A stretch of DNA of 36,895 bases from Octopus bimaculoides (taxonomy: Eukaryota), in NCBI RefSeq assembly GCF_001194135.2, contig NC_068986.1:102332474-102369368 (forward strand), in the 5' to 3' direction. A model generated the notes under the pieces. The model saw nothing but the letters and a program-made list of their open reading frames with translations. It was not told the origin of the DNA and made no database searches. Of this stretch, positions 12,532 through 24,499 are shown one piece after another; the first letter of the stretch is position 1; each line of letters begins with the position of its first letter. The position numbers and the translations under genes were made by a program.

Positions 12532-13935
12532 CTGTAAATAAATTTCGCAATGTCAGAAAGTGATAGAAGAGGGTGACTTTGCCTTAGTATATATTACTTC
12601 AGTTAAAATATTCTTTTCTCCATCACAGAAAATTGAAATCAACTCTTATCCTTAATTTCATTAAAATACGTTTTTTTTTTCTTGCATTTTGTTTTTTTAT
12701 CACATTAACGACAAAGAGAATTTTAAACAATTCATTTAATTTTACTGTTTAATAGCATGAAGAGATTCGGGAATTTGAAAAATATGATTATTAAAAATCT
12801 CAAATTTTATTTCTGAAACGGGAATTATTAAAAGTGTTTCAGAATCTACAGTATCATAAAATATAAGAAAATACTGAAAAAAAAAAGAATAATCATTTTA
12901 ATCATGACAGCTATTCCAAAGACATGATGAAGGGTGGTGGCAATTAAAGCCTGTCTTTTACTTACATTTTTTTCTTTTTGCTTCGTTTCTGCTACAAAAT
13001 TATTGCTGCTGACATTTGAATGTGGAATATTATGAGATTATTGAAAAAAGAATGAAAAATGAAATCATATATTATTCCTCATATCTATGCTGAAATACGG
13101 ACCCACACGCGCGCGCGCGCATGCAGACATGTATTATAAATAGTTGGACAAATAGATAGATGCGTATATACACATATACATACATATATAAGTGTGTGCG
13201 TGCATTTATACATACATGTTTGTCATTCGTATCATAATCACCTTTATTTTTATTATTAATGACATTTGTCTCAATAGTGTTGTTATTATTATTATTATCA
13301 TAGATAATATGGTGACAAGCTGCCAAAAACTCCTAAGATGATCCTAGAATTAATGAGGAAGACCAGAGTCAAATCTTCAGCCTAGGAAAGGAAAAGGAAA
13401 AAAGAAGAAGAAAAAGAAAAAAATAAGAGAAAAGATGCAAAAGTGTAGTTATGTCCCCTTCCACCATAAAACCATAAAACGACTGAATGGATGGGGGCTC
13501 AATCAGGCGAGCGTTGCAATTTCCAGTTTGGTAACGGGAAATTATCAATATGTTTGCATCCGCTTATATTCCATATTTGGATTTCAACAGTGTGGTGGGG
13601 TTGTTAGATCTGAAAGGTGGCTGTGATTTTTTAGTTATGCATATCTTGCATATCATTTGGTCCACTAACGTCATGTGTGGTCTTCTGAACTATCTTCCAC
13701 TTGACTGTACACCGTGTGCCGTTAGACTTCAAACCCAATACATAGCAAGCCAAGGCAGTCTAATTGCATTTGTGCCCGTGGAAGAAGGAAGCTATATCGT
13801 TAACATAGCAATGTTTGAAATCAGCTTCTCATAACCCGACGTAATTCTTCTTTTAGGCTATTTTATCATCTAGCGTAGCTGAAACTTCATCTAACACATG
13901 ATGGATTAAATCATACCTACCTGGCCGAATAGACA

Positions 13936-13970
13936 TACTCACGCGTTTCGACAGTTACGACTTCAAGGAA
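13936..13970 (-). ncRNA. Degenerate minimal hammerhead motif (Penelope pLTR type)
   Basis: The minus strand reads TTGAAGT-CGTAACTGTC-GAAACGCGTG, with a palindromic ACGCGT helix III. The core and cleavage site are mutated. Confidence 0.35.
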
Positions 13971-14065
13971 ACTCTTGGTGGTGTTAATATGGAAGGATGA
14001 TCTCCGTGCTAGGGCTGCAGGTATAAAATAAATTGACTGAGCACTTGTTGAATATATGTTGTTAC

Positions 14066-14090
14066 CGGCAATTTACAGGAATTGTCCACC
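14066..14090 (-). CDS. Candidate 25-nt microexon (weak AAG acceptor)
   Basis: A pyrimidine-rich tract precedes aacaag|GGTGGACAATTCCTGTAAATTGCCG|gtaaca. Confidence 0.2.
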
Positions 14091-14429
14091 CTTGTTGAAT
14101 ATAATATTAAAGGAGAAGGGTACGAAGAAAATTATTCACCTCGGTTTACTTTTGGATCTATAACGATTAACAGAAATAAGCCTATGTATTTATATATATN
14201 NNNNNNNNNNNNNNNNNNNNNNNNNNNNNNNNNNNNNNNNNNNNNNNNNNNNNNNNNNNNNNNNNNNNNNNNNNNTATATATATATATATATATCCATAT
14301 GCATATATGTATGTGAAATTTGGTGTAAGATAAAAACTTCAGATATTTGCCTTAAACATTAAATCAAATAAATTCATAATTCAAATGTATAACGTAAGAT
14401 ATTATTCCATTGCATTAACTACATATTTA

Positions 14430-15316
14430 TTGGGTTGACAATTAAAGAAGAATTCAACGCTGACGATTAGGTCCCTTCTCTTGAATAGCCGTGTTGAGTC
14501 ATTCCATCTGTTGAGCCGTTCCATCCACGTTGACAGTTTGGTTCCGTTCAAGCAATAAGTAATGGATAATCTCTTCCTAGTATCACCATATGCACAACAT
14601 CGTTTTATGCGGATGAAGATCTTGTTTCGTGCAGTGCCATTCCTTACGCTGCTTCATACTGATGTACAGGCACAATTTTTCGACGCCAGTAACGATTCGG
14701 TAATGGAATCGTTGCTTGTGTTCATGAGTTGAACGGTGACGAGCAAGCAAACTAGTGGAGAGTGTGGCTCGTTGATTTTTGTTGTTCACATTTAATGCAT
14801 GCAGAACCCAAGCTCCATGCTTCTGAAGCTTTCCTATCGAGTGAAGATGCTTCTCTATAGCAGTGTAGGAGCATTTTATTTTCTCTGCCAGTTCCCTTGT
14901 CGTTTAGCGATAATTTTCTTGCAGAAGTTGGTTCAATCGCTTTTCATCGAACTCAACTGGATGGCCAGAATGAGGTGTGTCTTTTAAGTCAAAAATTCCA
15001 CTTTTGAACCTGGAATACCAATCACGAGCGGCTCTCTCAGCTATGGCACACCCTCCAAATTTCGCGAGCAGCTTTTGCGGTCTTAGAACCTTGATTAAAA
15101 GCAAAAAGAAAGAGTTGTCGAAAATGCTCGTTTTCTTAACTTGACATTCCATTTTAATGATTTGAAAATAAACAAAAATTAACTAAAATTAACTAGAAAA
15201 AAATAGATTCCAAAATTATTCAAAAATAGAATTCTCGAAAAAATTAGGTTCCAAAATTTAAAACTCAATAAATTCCAAAATTTAAACATCGGTGTAGAAC
15301 TTAGTTGCCAACCCAA
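14430..15316 (-). mobile_element. Mariner (Mos1/SETMAR-like) transposon, internally deleted, with transposase pseudogene
   Basis: The TIRs TTGGGTTG(A/G)CAA(T/C)TAA have TA flanks at 14428-29 and 15317-18. Translation gives the HTH region (AIAERAARDWYSRFKSGIFDLKDTPHSGHPVEFDE), WVLHAL (WVPHEL motif), RIVTGVEKLCLY (IVTGDEKW with D>V) and HPHKTMLCIW. It has stops and a frameshift and ends just before the HDNA motif. Confidence 0.95.
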
Positions 15317-15478
15317 TATATTAAGACATAGATGATAAGAATATAGAAATATAAGGATATAAACATAAAAAAATTTTTTTTTTAAACATAAAGATATGTA
15401 GGGAGTACCATGAAAGTATAAAGTATAGTTAGAATAGATTAAAGGAAGTGATAGAAAGGATCAGTCTAAACCTAATAC

Positions 15479-15501
15479 CGTTTCAGAAAAGTTTTAAGGG
15501 A
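15479..15501 (-). CDS. Candidate 23-nt microexon
   Basis: cattatttcctacag|TCCCTTAAAACTTTTCTGAAACG|gtatta. Only phase 0 is stop-free (SLKTFLK-R). Confidence 0.3.
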
Positions 15502-15533
15502 CTGTAGGAAATAATGTATGTTCTCTGTTTCAG

Positions 15534-15571
15534 TGAAGTAGGAAACGTTGACAATATAGATATACGTGAAG
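15534..15571 (+). CDS. Candidate 38-nt exon
   Basis: gttctctgtttcag|TGAAGTAGGAAACGTTGACAATATAGATATACGTGAAG|gtatac, reading EVGNVDNIDIRE. Confidence 0.2.
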
Positions 15572-18500
15572 GTATACAGCGTTATTATTGTCTATTTCTG
15601 TTCCCAACTAAAGAACATAGTACCTACATATAAACACTTAGTTTTATATAAACAGTATTGACTTGTCAATCAGCTGATTGTTCTCTGTGATTTGCTCACT
15701 GCCAGTATACGGATTCAAGATACGTTTCCTTCTTTGGCATGATTTCAATTATCACACTTACAAGTCTAGGGAAGAAAAACACTTTCCAATATTCAGTCAC
15801 TTATTCGCCAAATTATATATGTCTTCTCTAACTTTGAATGAAATCAGAGGAATTTTTTTCTCATGCACTTCCAGTAATAGTAATTTATTGTTCAGGTCTA
15901 AATGTGATCTATACGAGTCACTCCGTATTCTCATATATCACATTGATAGCATTAACACCTTCTAATTCCGCTTAAGCGATATTTTGCTTTGCCACTTGTT
16001 GGACTTCTGATTATCAACATAAGAATACAAATTAGTCGTTTCACACCTAACTTCCATACAATTCAGCCAACCATGAGAGTGCGAAACGCCAATACACTCA
16101 ATCAAATGCAGGCGTTATAAATTAAAATAAGTAAAGAAAGGATAAATCATTTATGAATATAATGTTTAAAGAAGGCCACGGAAGCTTTATATATGTTTCA
16201 TATAATTAGCAACAGTATAATTTAATGGAATATTAATTGTATAATTATTTGAACTCATTTTCCTATGATTTCACAGATTATCAACTAAACATATAATGTT
16301 GTAACTGTTACTCTATAACATTAATCATTATAAAATTATTTACGATTTACTTGAAATATGTCTCTTCCTGGTAATTACGACACACACTTGAGAACACTTC
16401 TTACGCCAGACACGTAATATCGTTAATCATTGATAAATTCAGATAACAATAAAATTCATTACAGTACATGTAATATTTCAAAAGTGATTTTATGAATGTA
16501 TTTCACCATATTTTATATAACACTTAGCAAGACTTAAATGAGCGTTATTTAGTGTCTATAAATTGAACGCAGTTTAAAAACATTCAGATCATGTTCAGTT
16601 TGGTATAGATTTAAAGCTTTGCAGAAATCGAATGCTACTGAGGTGTTAGTTTTTCAATGTATCTTGTTCTCTCTGGTGTACCTAAAACATTGTTTTATTA
16701 TCTGTCCATGATATACAGATTTCAAGCGGGACACGTTTTACATGAATTATATTCAGGAATGTTGCTATAATTTTATTAATTCAGTCATACCTATGAGTTA
16801 TTTAGGAATTATATAATCACGAGCAATAGGGAGTACATTTTTGGTATAGTACTTTTATATGAAGATATTATTTTTAGGAAACGAAATTGTCAATCATTAG
16901 ATGTAAGCGAATGTGAAATATAAAACAATTTGTGTTACTAAATCTCAAGTGGAGTAGGGGGACAATCTTAATCTGTAATACCTACCAAAGAAATGAAAGA
17001 AGACAAAATAATTATATGGAACGTAGTGACATTTGTTTTATAAAACGAAAACGTTAGCAGAGAGAAAAAAAGGACACAAATGTTTAGCTAATACAGTTCT
17101 TAATTTTGTTACTTCACGCTATCTTTATTAAGCATACCTACGCATAAATGTAAATACACATGCAATACACACGTACAGAGACACACACGCACACAGATGT
17201 ACATAGATACTTATACGCACATATGAATATATTCATACAAGCACAAACACATGCATATATATGTAGGTACGTGTGTGTATGTGAATATGGTTATGCACTT
17301 GCCCATTCTTTCTTATTTACAATGAATCATTCTTGATAATTCTGTTGGCGCAACTACCAATATTATCTAAACTACAACAAAAATATTATCTAAGAGATAT
17401 CGGTATGCTTTGAAATTTAGTTACTCTTCTATCAAGATAGCTTTTATGGACTTGAACAGTTATAACGGCTTTTATTTATCGATTGCATCTTTTTCATGCT
17501 AAAGAACTTTTAAGATATTTCATTAAACATCGTAAATTTAATCAAGTTTCCCTATAAATATTACAATGAACGTTCACCAACAGAATGTTTCATTTTTAAA
17601 GTGAAATTTGAAACAAAACATTTATAATGTCGATATGCGATGTTATAGTATATAAAGGAATCAATGACGTACGTTTTGTGAACAAAATATTTCCAATTAG
17701 TTCTTGTCCGTTTTTCCTACTTTCAAAGACAACTGTTTCTTTTTCCTTTCTTTTTTTTTTTTTTTTACATATGACAGTTTAATATAATGAAATATTTTAC
17801 TGCAACCATTTATGAATTTCGTGCAGGTAACCAAAAACTTAATCCGCTCACAAGGTATTATTCTATCCAAAATGAAATATAAAAATGCGATATATGAACG
17901 TTATTTGAAACATGAGCATTTAACGTATATTCAATCAATATATTACTTGTGGTCGTGTTTGCTTCAATGTAACTTATTTTTAAAATGTATATTTTGGCAG
18001 AAAATGAGGTTGGCATCACTTAAGGACTTGCAATAATGTTTGGAAGTAATATGATTTGAAATGTTAGCGTTCTTGTTTAAGATTTGTGATATGTATTAAT
18101 GTGTACACTTTCACGCAACTTGCATTTAATGTAATACGAAAGCACTGCGACACGAAGAAAACATTGAAGAAAAAACGAAATAGGTAAAAGCATAAATATT
18201 GCAGAACGCCATTTATAGCTTAATGCCTGTTAGAAAGTGCTTATTATGGATGTAATATTTTATAGAAAACAACTTATTTCATTTGAAGAGCAATTTACAA
18301 ACATAAAATTCATTTTGATGTTGAAGTACATTATGTTTGTTTCATTTTCTCTCCGCCCGCAAAATTATTCGATGTTGAAGAAAATTAAATCAAAAGATAA
18401 AATAAATGTGGTTAAATATTTATTCGATTTGTTATAAATATAACTTAATTTTGAAAAAAATAAAAATACTTGATATGAAGAAAAGTTTCATATTAACTTA

Positions 18501-19407
18501 CGAAACAAAATCTAACATTACAAAATTACATATGAAGTCCAGAAAAACGAAATTCAGTAATCCACTTCGTTAATTTAGCTTCTTTTGCAGAAATGATTTC
18601 CTTCAATCGAATTCCTGTGTATATGCGTAAAGCCTTAATATTTTTTTCGTTGTAATATTCGCGAGTTTCAGAGATATTTTGCTCCTGAATCTCATCAATT
18701 TTCCTCTAATATGAAAACGTCAAATACTCCAATCAAATTGTTTGTTGCTTTTAATGTTATAAGGACTCATCCTACAGTCTCGTAGAAATCCTACTTTTGT
18801 TTGTAAATGTCAATCGTCTCCATTTCAAATTAACAAGTTCATTACTTGCTACACACATGGACAACACGGGCAAACATCTGCCGAACTACAGTGTATGAAA
18901 AGCATATTAACTTAAATAGTCTCCCATCGAATTTATCTTTATGATGGCCCTAACGTTGACGCAAGTTGCCGACAAACATACAAATTTAATCCTGTTCTTT
19001 GTAAAACATAGAATTCTATTCTTGAATATATAATATGAATGTTGATGACTATGATACCAGAAGCATAAACGCGACCAATAAGGGGCTTTAATCTCATCTA
19101 TGGGTGGGAATAACTGGTGTGGTCCTCTACTTTTTTGTATATTACTATCATCTCTGAATTTTTGCTTTATTTATACATAATTTAAAAGATTTATGGTGAA
19201 TAACAAATATCAATTGTAAAAACATAACACTTCAACTATAATCCTTTTACTAGTAATTTCTCAATTGTACATTTTAATACATTTCTTTATATACGAATGA
19301 TATGTAATGTGAACATTTTCCTTTCATGTACTCTGTCACACTTTCAAACTTCACCACTCCGAATTAGCAATTATATTTGACTGAATATTTATATGTACCA
19401 GTCTCTC

Positions 19408-19449
<42 letters not shown>

Positions 19450-19731
19450 NNNNNNNNNNNNNNNNNNNNNNNNNNNNNNNNNNNNNNNNNNNNNNNNNNN
19501 NNNNNATATATATATATATATATATAAGGTTGAGGATGGTATTGGATTTAACCAAACCGAGGAGGATACAGGTAATACCGAGTAAGTGCTGTATACCGAT
19601 TAGTTTGCCCCAGTCTTTGTATGAACAGGATTGGGTATCATAAGTCATGTATTAGCGTGTGTATATGTAAATATATAAAAAACAAAAAGATAAAGAGAGC
19701 AGAGGTAAGGTTGAAGAATGTTATGGATAGA

Positions 19732-19780
19732 GTCTTACAGCTGTTTCTGGGAAGATCCAGTACTTCCCTTCATCGGAGAC
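19732..19780 (-). ncRNA. Minimal hammerhead ribozyme motif (Penelope-associated), U4C core variant
   Basis: The minus-strand RNA reads GUCU-CCGAUGA-A-GGGAAG-uacuggau-CUUCCC-A-GAA-ACAGCUGU-A-AGAC. It has helix I GUCU/AGAC, a 6-bp helix II, a palindromic helix III and a GUA cleavage triplet. Confidence 0.8.
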
Positions 19781-19868
19781 AGAAAAAATAAAGTAATCTA
19801 TTATTATATCCATAGGCGGATATTTTTAGTATGAAGTGGTAAAGAGTGTGATGTGCTGAAAAATGAGA

Positions 19869-20796
19869 GAACAGTACTTGAAGTGTAGTTTCATTCCAGT
19901 GGTAAATATCCGTGTAGAAATCCGTGCAAAATAATCCTTGTGTGTATAATCCGGAAATTTATGTTGGAACGAAATACATACAAATACAATTCTCCCACTC
20001 TACTTAATCGATATAACGAAGCGTTTAGCAACTGCAACCACCGCTCTTTCCACACATTCAGGTTCTATCACAAGCAAAATTGCACAAATGATCACGCAAC
20101 ATAATAACACAACCCCCCACAGGCAACCTATTCAACCTGGCAAAAACATCCATCTTTCATCATCTTTTGAATAGGATTATTTCATTTCGATCATCTCACC
20201 ACACATATACCACCAAATCTATTTCTCCTATTCTCATTTTCACAAGAACACCACCTACACAAACAGACTACGTCACCTCTTTCAATCCCTTTCCACCGTC
20301 TATAAATAGGCTTGGCAGCATCCTAAAATATGATACTACTAACTACCTTTCTCACCCATCCCTTTCCTTTATCTCTGTCCTTGGTTTATCACTCATAACC
20401 CCACCACCTATATACTATACACACGCATTCCTTCCTACTCACTAGACCTTTTAACCTCATCTCCCTATTCCTCCTTCACTCTATATGCTCATCCCCTCTA
20501 CCCTGTTAAGACCAACTGACCATAAATAAATCGCTACCATCCTCCGCCTCTATATCTTTCACATTCTGTCTTCTTGACTTGACCTAATTACCGCTCACTT
20601 TTCACTTGACTTGAACACTCTTCAAGAAAACAAGCAAAAATCCATCACAATATGGAATATATGTACCTCTGCTATCTATGCTATATCACCTTTCGTTCCA
20701 ACATAAATTTCCGGATTATTCACACAAGGATTACTTTGCACGGATTTCTACACGGATATTTACCACTGGAATGAAACTACACTTCAAGTACTGTTC
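19869..20796. repeat. 106-bp near-perfect inverted repeat (19869-19974 / 20691-20796) around a 716-bp C-rich interior
   Basis: The arms differ at only 2 of 106 positions. The right arm runs into the N gap at 20797. Confidence 0.92.
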
Positions 20797-21774
20797 NNNN
20801 NNNNNNNNNNNNNNNNNNNNNNNNNNNNNNNNNNNNNNNNNNNNNNNNNNNNNNNNNNNNNNNNNNNNNNNNNNNNNNNNNNNNNNNNNNNNNNNNNNNN
20901 NNNNNNNNNNNNNNNNNNNNNNNNNNNNNNNNNNNNNNNNNNNNNNNNNNNNNNNNNNNNNNNNNNNNNNNNNNNNNNNNNNNNNNNNNNNNNNNNNNNN
21001 NNNNNNNNNNNNNNNNNNNNNNNNNNNNNNNNNNNNNNNNNNNNNNNNNNNNNNNNNNNNNNNNNNNNNNNNNNNNNNNNNNNNNNNNNNNNNNNNNNNN
21101 NNNNNNNNNNNNNNNNNNNNNNNNNNNNNNNNNNNNNNNNNNNNNNNNNNNNNNNNNNNNNNNNNNNNNNNNNNNNNNNNNNNNNNNNNNNNNNNNNNNN
21201 NNNNNNNNNNNNNNNNNNNNNNNNNNNNNNNNNNNNNNNNNNNNNNNNNNNNNNNNNNTATATATATATGTCTATATATATATGCATGATGATCCTATTT
21301 AGCCTGCATGGTTTTTCATAATATTCGGTGAGATAATAATGCTTAAATTTGATATTAAAGAATTGTGGTGTAAAAGATGCATAGACTTTTCACAAAATTT
21401 GAAATATACCTAAGCATTTTTATCCGTGTATGGTGCTACTTCATACCTTTCCTAGAATCGTTGGCCTCATATAAAGTGTGACATAATGCTTTCATATTTT
21501 GATACAACGCCAGCGGTTACTACGCCCAAATACGCAGCTAATAACAGTCATTATTAATACCTAAAGGGCTAAATACAAAGTCGAGAATGGTCGAACTGGA
21601 ACTGGAAGGTAATCAAAGATGAGATGCCGCTAGATTTCAAATAGTACTTTATTATCTCGAAGATGTCTCCCAGACATAGATATTCAATTAATTTTTTTTT
21701 TTTAAATCTAGACACTGGAAGGTGAGAGAGAGAGAGAAGGAGAGAGAGGGAAAGAAAGAAAGAGACACGTAACG

Positions 21775-21895
21775 AGCTTTTGCTTCTTTCACCCTTCGTT
21801 TACCAAATACTCTCACAAGGCTTTTTTCATCCCGGGAGTATACTAATGACAATTGCCCGAAGTTCTATGCATCCCAATGGAATTGAAAGGGATGC
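21775..21895 (-). mobile_element. Degenerate SINE family B head
   Basis: GCTTCTTTCA..TACCAAATACTCTCACAAGGCTT..CCCGGGAGTATA..TTGCCC resembles the other family B copies. Confidence 0.55.
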
Positions 21896-22095
21896 AAACT
21901 AGTTACAAACTAGTCACTGCGCTTCTCAGCATAACTGCCCCTGTATGTATATTCCTTATCACTCTAGCTATATAGATCTGCCACCCAAAGACTGATATTG
22001 GAAAACATATTTTCTTTTCTTTTTCAATTTAATGTAAAGGTGAACGAATTCAATTTGTCTATTTGCTCATAATTCTCCAAGTAATCGTATGTTAC

Positions 22096-22113
22096 CGTCA
22101 ATTTCTCTACTGC
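22096..22113 (-). CDS. Candidate 18-nt microexon
   Basis: gatttctttcaattag|GCAGTAGAGAAATTGACG|gtaaca. Based on splice signals only. Confidence 0.3.
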
Positions 22114-24499
22114 CTAATTGAAAGAAATCGTTGTTTAGCTTCCCCCCCCCCCACTTGTTATTCATATCGAAACATCTCGTGAACTTTAATTTCATAAAAT
22201 ATCTGTCAACATCCAAGAAAACTATATTGTTCGTATCAGAACTGCAATAACTACAAAATGTCATTCTCTAACAGTGCGTAGTACACAAATTAAACATCGA
22301 CTTGTATCTCTCATTCTTGCACTCGTCTGAAGCTAGCTGTTCTCTAAGTTTGTGATTCTAACTATATATGTTCTGCAAAATTTATGCGTATCTGCATATT
22401 GTAGTTAATATTAAGTTTTTAAAACATCCATTAAACATTATTCACTGCAAATTTACCCACCTATATATATTTATCAGAAGTAAAATGTCTGATTAACCAA
22501 AATAAATTAACTGGAAATGAATATCCACAATTATTAACTGGAAATGAATACAAACGTAATGTACACTGACACCAGCATATTTTCATATCTTAGCTAATAT
22601 ATAAGTATATAGGAGAGGCTTGTTGAATAAATCGCATTTGCTATGCAAAATATAGCACTGATCATTTTATTTTATCATCGTTTCTTTATTTAACTACAAC
22701 TATCGGTATTCTACATAGAGCTGCATGTCTGCTTGTTCATTATGGAATAAGTTAAATATAGTTCCCCAAATCATTTCAAATTTCCAATATTGTTATAAAG
22801 TCCCAAATGCATTGTGATGTTTTCATATTGTAGTTCCACTAGTGCTAATTTCTCAGTTTTAATATAACACATATGAGATACAATTAATATCACTGATATA
22901 TGAACAGTACGTTTTCAAAATATATAGCCGCACNNNNNNNNNNNNNNNNNNNNNNNNNNNNNNNNNNNNNNNNNNNNNNNNNNNNNNNNNNNNNNNNNNN
23001 NNNNNNNNNNNNNNNNNNNNNNNNNNNNNNNNNNNNNNNNNNNNNNNNNNNNNNNNNNNNNNNNNNNNNNNNNNNNNNNNNNNNNNNNNNNNNNNNNNNN
23101 NNNNNNNNNNNNNNNNNNNNNNNNNNNNNNNNNNNNNNNNNNNNNNNNNNNNNNNNNNNNNNNNNNNNNNNNNNNNNNNNNNNNNNNNNNNNNNNNNNNN
23201 NNNNNNNNNNNNNNNNNNNNNNNNNNNNNNNNNNNNNNNNNNNNNNNNNNNNNNNNNNNNNNNNNNNNNNNNNNNNNNNNNNNNNNNNNNNNNNNNNNNN
23301 NNNNNNNNNNNNNNNNNNNNNNNNNNNNNNNNNNNNNNNNNNNNNNNNNNNNNNNNNNNNNNNNNNNNNNNNNNNNNNNNNNNNNNNNNNNNNNNNNNNN
23401 NNNNNNNNNNNNNNNNNNNNNNNNNNNNNNNNNNNNNNNNNNNNNNNNNNNNNNNNNNNNNNNNNNNNNNNNNNNNNNNNNNNNNNNNNNNNNNNNNNNN
23501 NNNNNNNNNNNNNNNNNNNNNNNNNNNNNNNNNNNNNNNNNNNNNNNNNNNNNNNNNNNNNNNNNNNNNNNNNNNNNNNNNNNNNNNNNNNNNNNNNNNN
23601 NNNNNNNNNNNNNNNNNNNNNNNNNNNNNNNNNNNNNNTGTGTGTGTGTGTGTGTATGTGTGTGTGTGTATGTGTGTGTGTGTATGTTGATGAATATATG
23701 TGATAATATTTCTTATTGCACAAATTAATAAGTCACGAACAGCCTGAAGTTATAAAGTCAAACATACGTCATTTAGTTGTTCATTAAAATATATTTATAT
23801 TAGAGAATATGGTGAAAAACCTAAGCAACACCATTTAGAAAGAATAATATAATTAAAATATATAATAAGAACTATCACATTGAAAAAAGAATCGAATTTG
23901 CCCATTAAGTCGAGTTAATTGGAAAACGTTACACGTTCATTAAAATTCCAGCATATGACATTTACATTTGATGTACTAATTATATATTATGCTAATGACT
24001 GGAAATAATTTCATTCATTCGATATGTTCGGTGACACTAGGGGACCTGCACTGAATACGTGAAATATTTTAATCCCGCAGAGTATTCTTTTATATGTAAA
24101 TATATTCTGTGAATATCTATGTATCACATCGTTTGTTCCCGTGATAATTATATTCATCACAATATTAGCAATATTCGACCCCGGAGGAGTATTTGTATGC
24201 AACATTCATTAAATTGATATCATAATATAAACAAGGGTTGCTGAAGTTGTTTGCGCTTTAATTCTCTGAAATATCTATAGAAATAATAACATATTTAAAA
24301 CGTTCACAATTAAGATTTGCATGCATTAATTTTCTAAACTATTTCGCACAATCTGATGACATATTTGTAAGCTTTACAGGTTCAATACGCATGTGATGTG
24401 ATATCAATTCAGTTGTAAAGATTTAAAGTAAGGGAAGGGCAATACGTTTATCTTCTTATTTCTATTCTCTCCGAATGGTGAAATCTTATCAGAGAGACA

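Noticed and set aside
13500-13920. Possible LINE RT remnant on the minus strand
   Set aside because: No clean YADD or QG motif could be recovered without many assumed frameshifts.
22505-22552. 17-bp direct repeat TTAACTGGAAATGAATA, two copies
   Set aside because: Only two units, so a simple local duplication and not a CRISPR-like array.
4188-23723. Long ORFs of 150-385 aa containing X runs
   Set aside because: They span N gaps and are artefacts of unknown bases.
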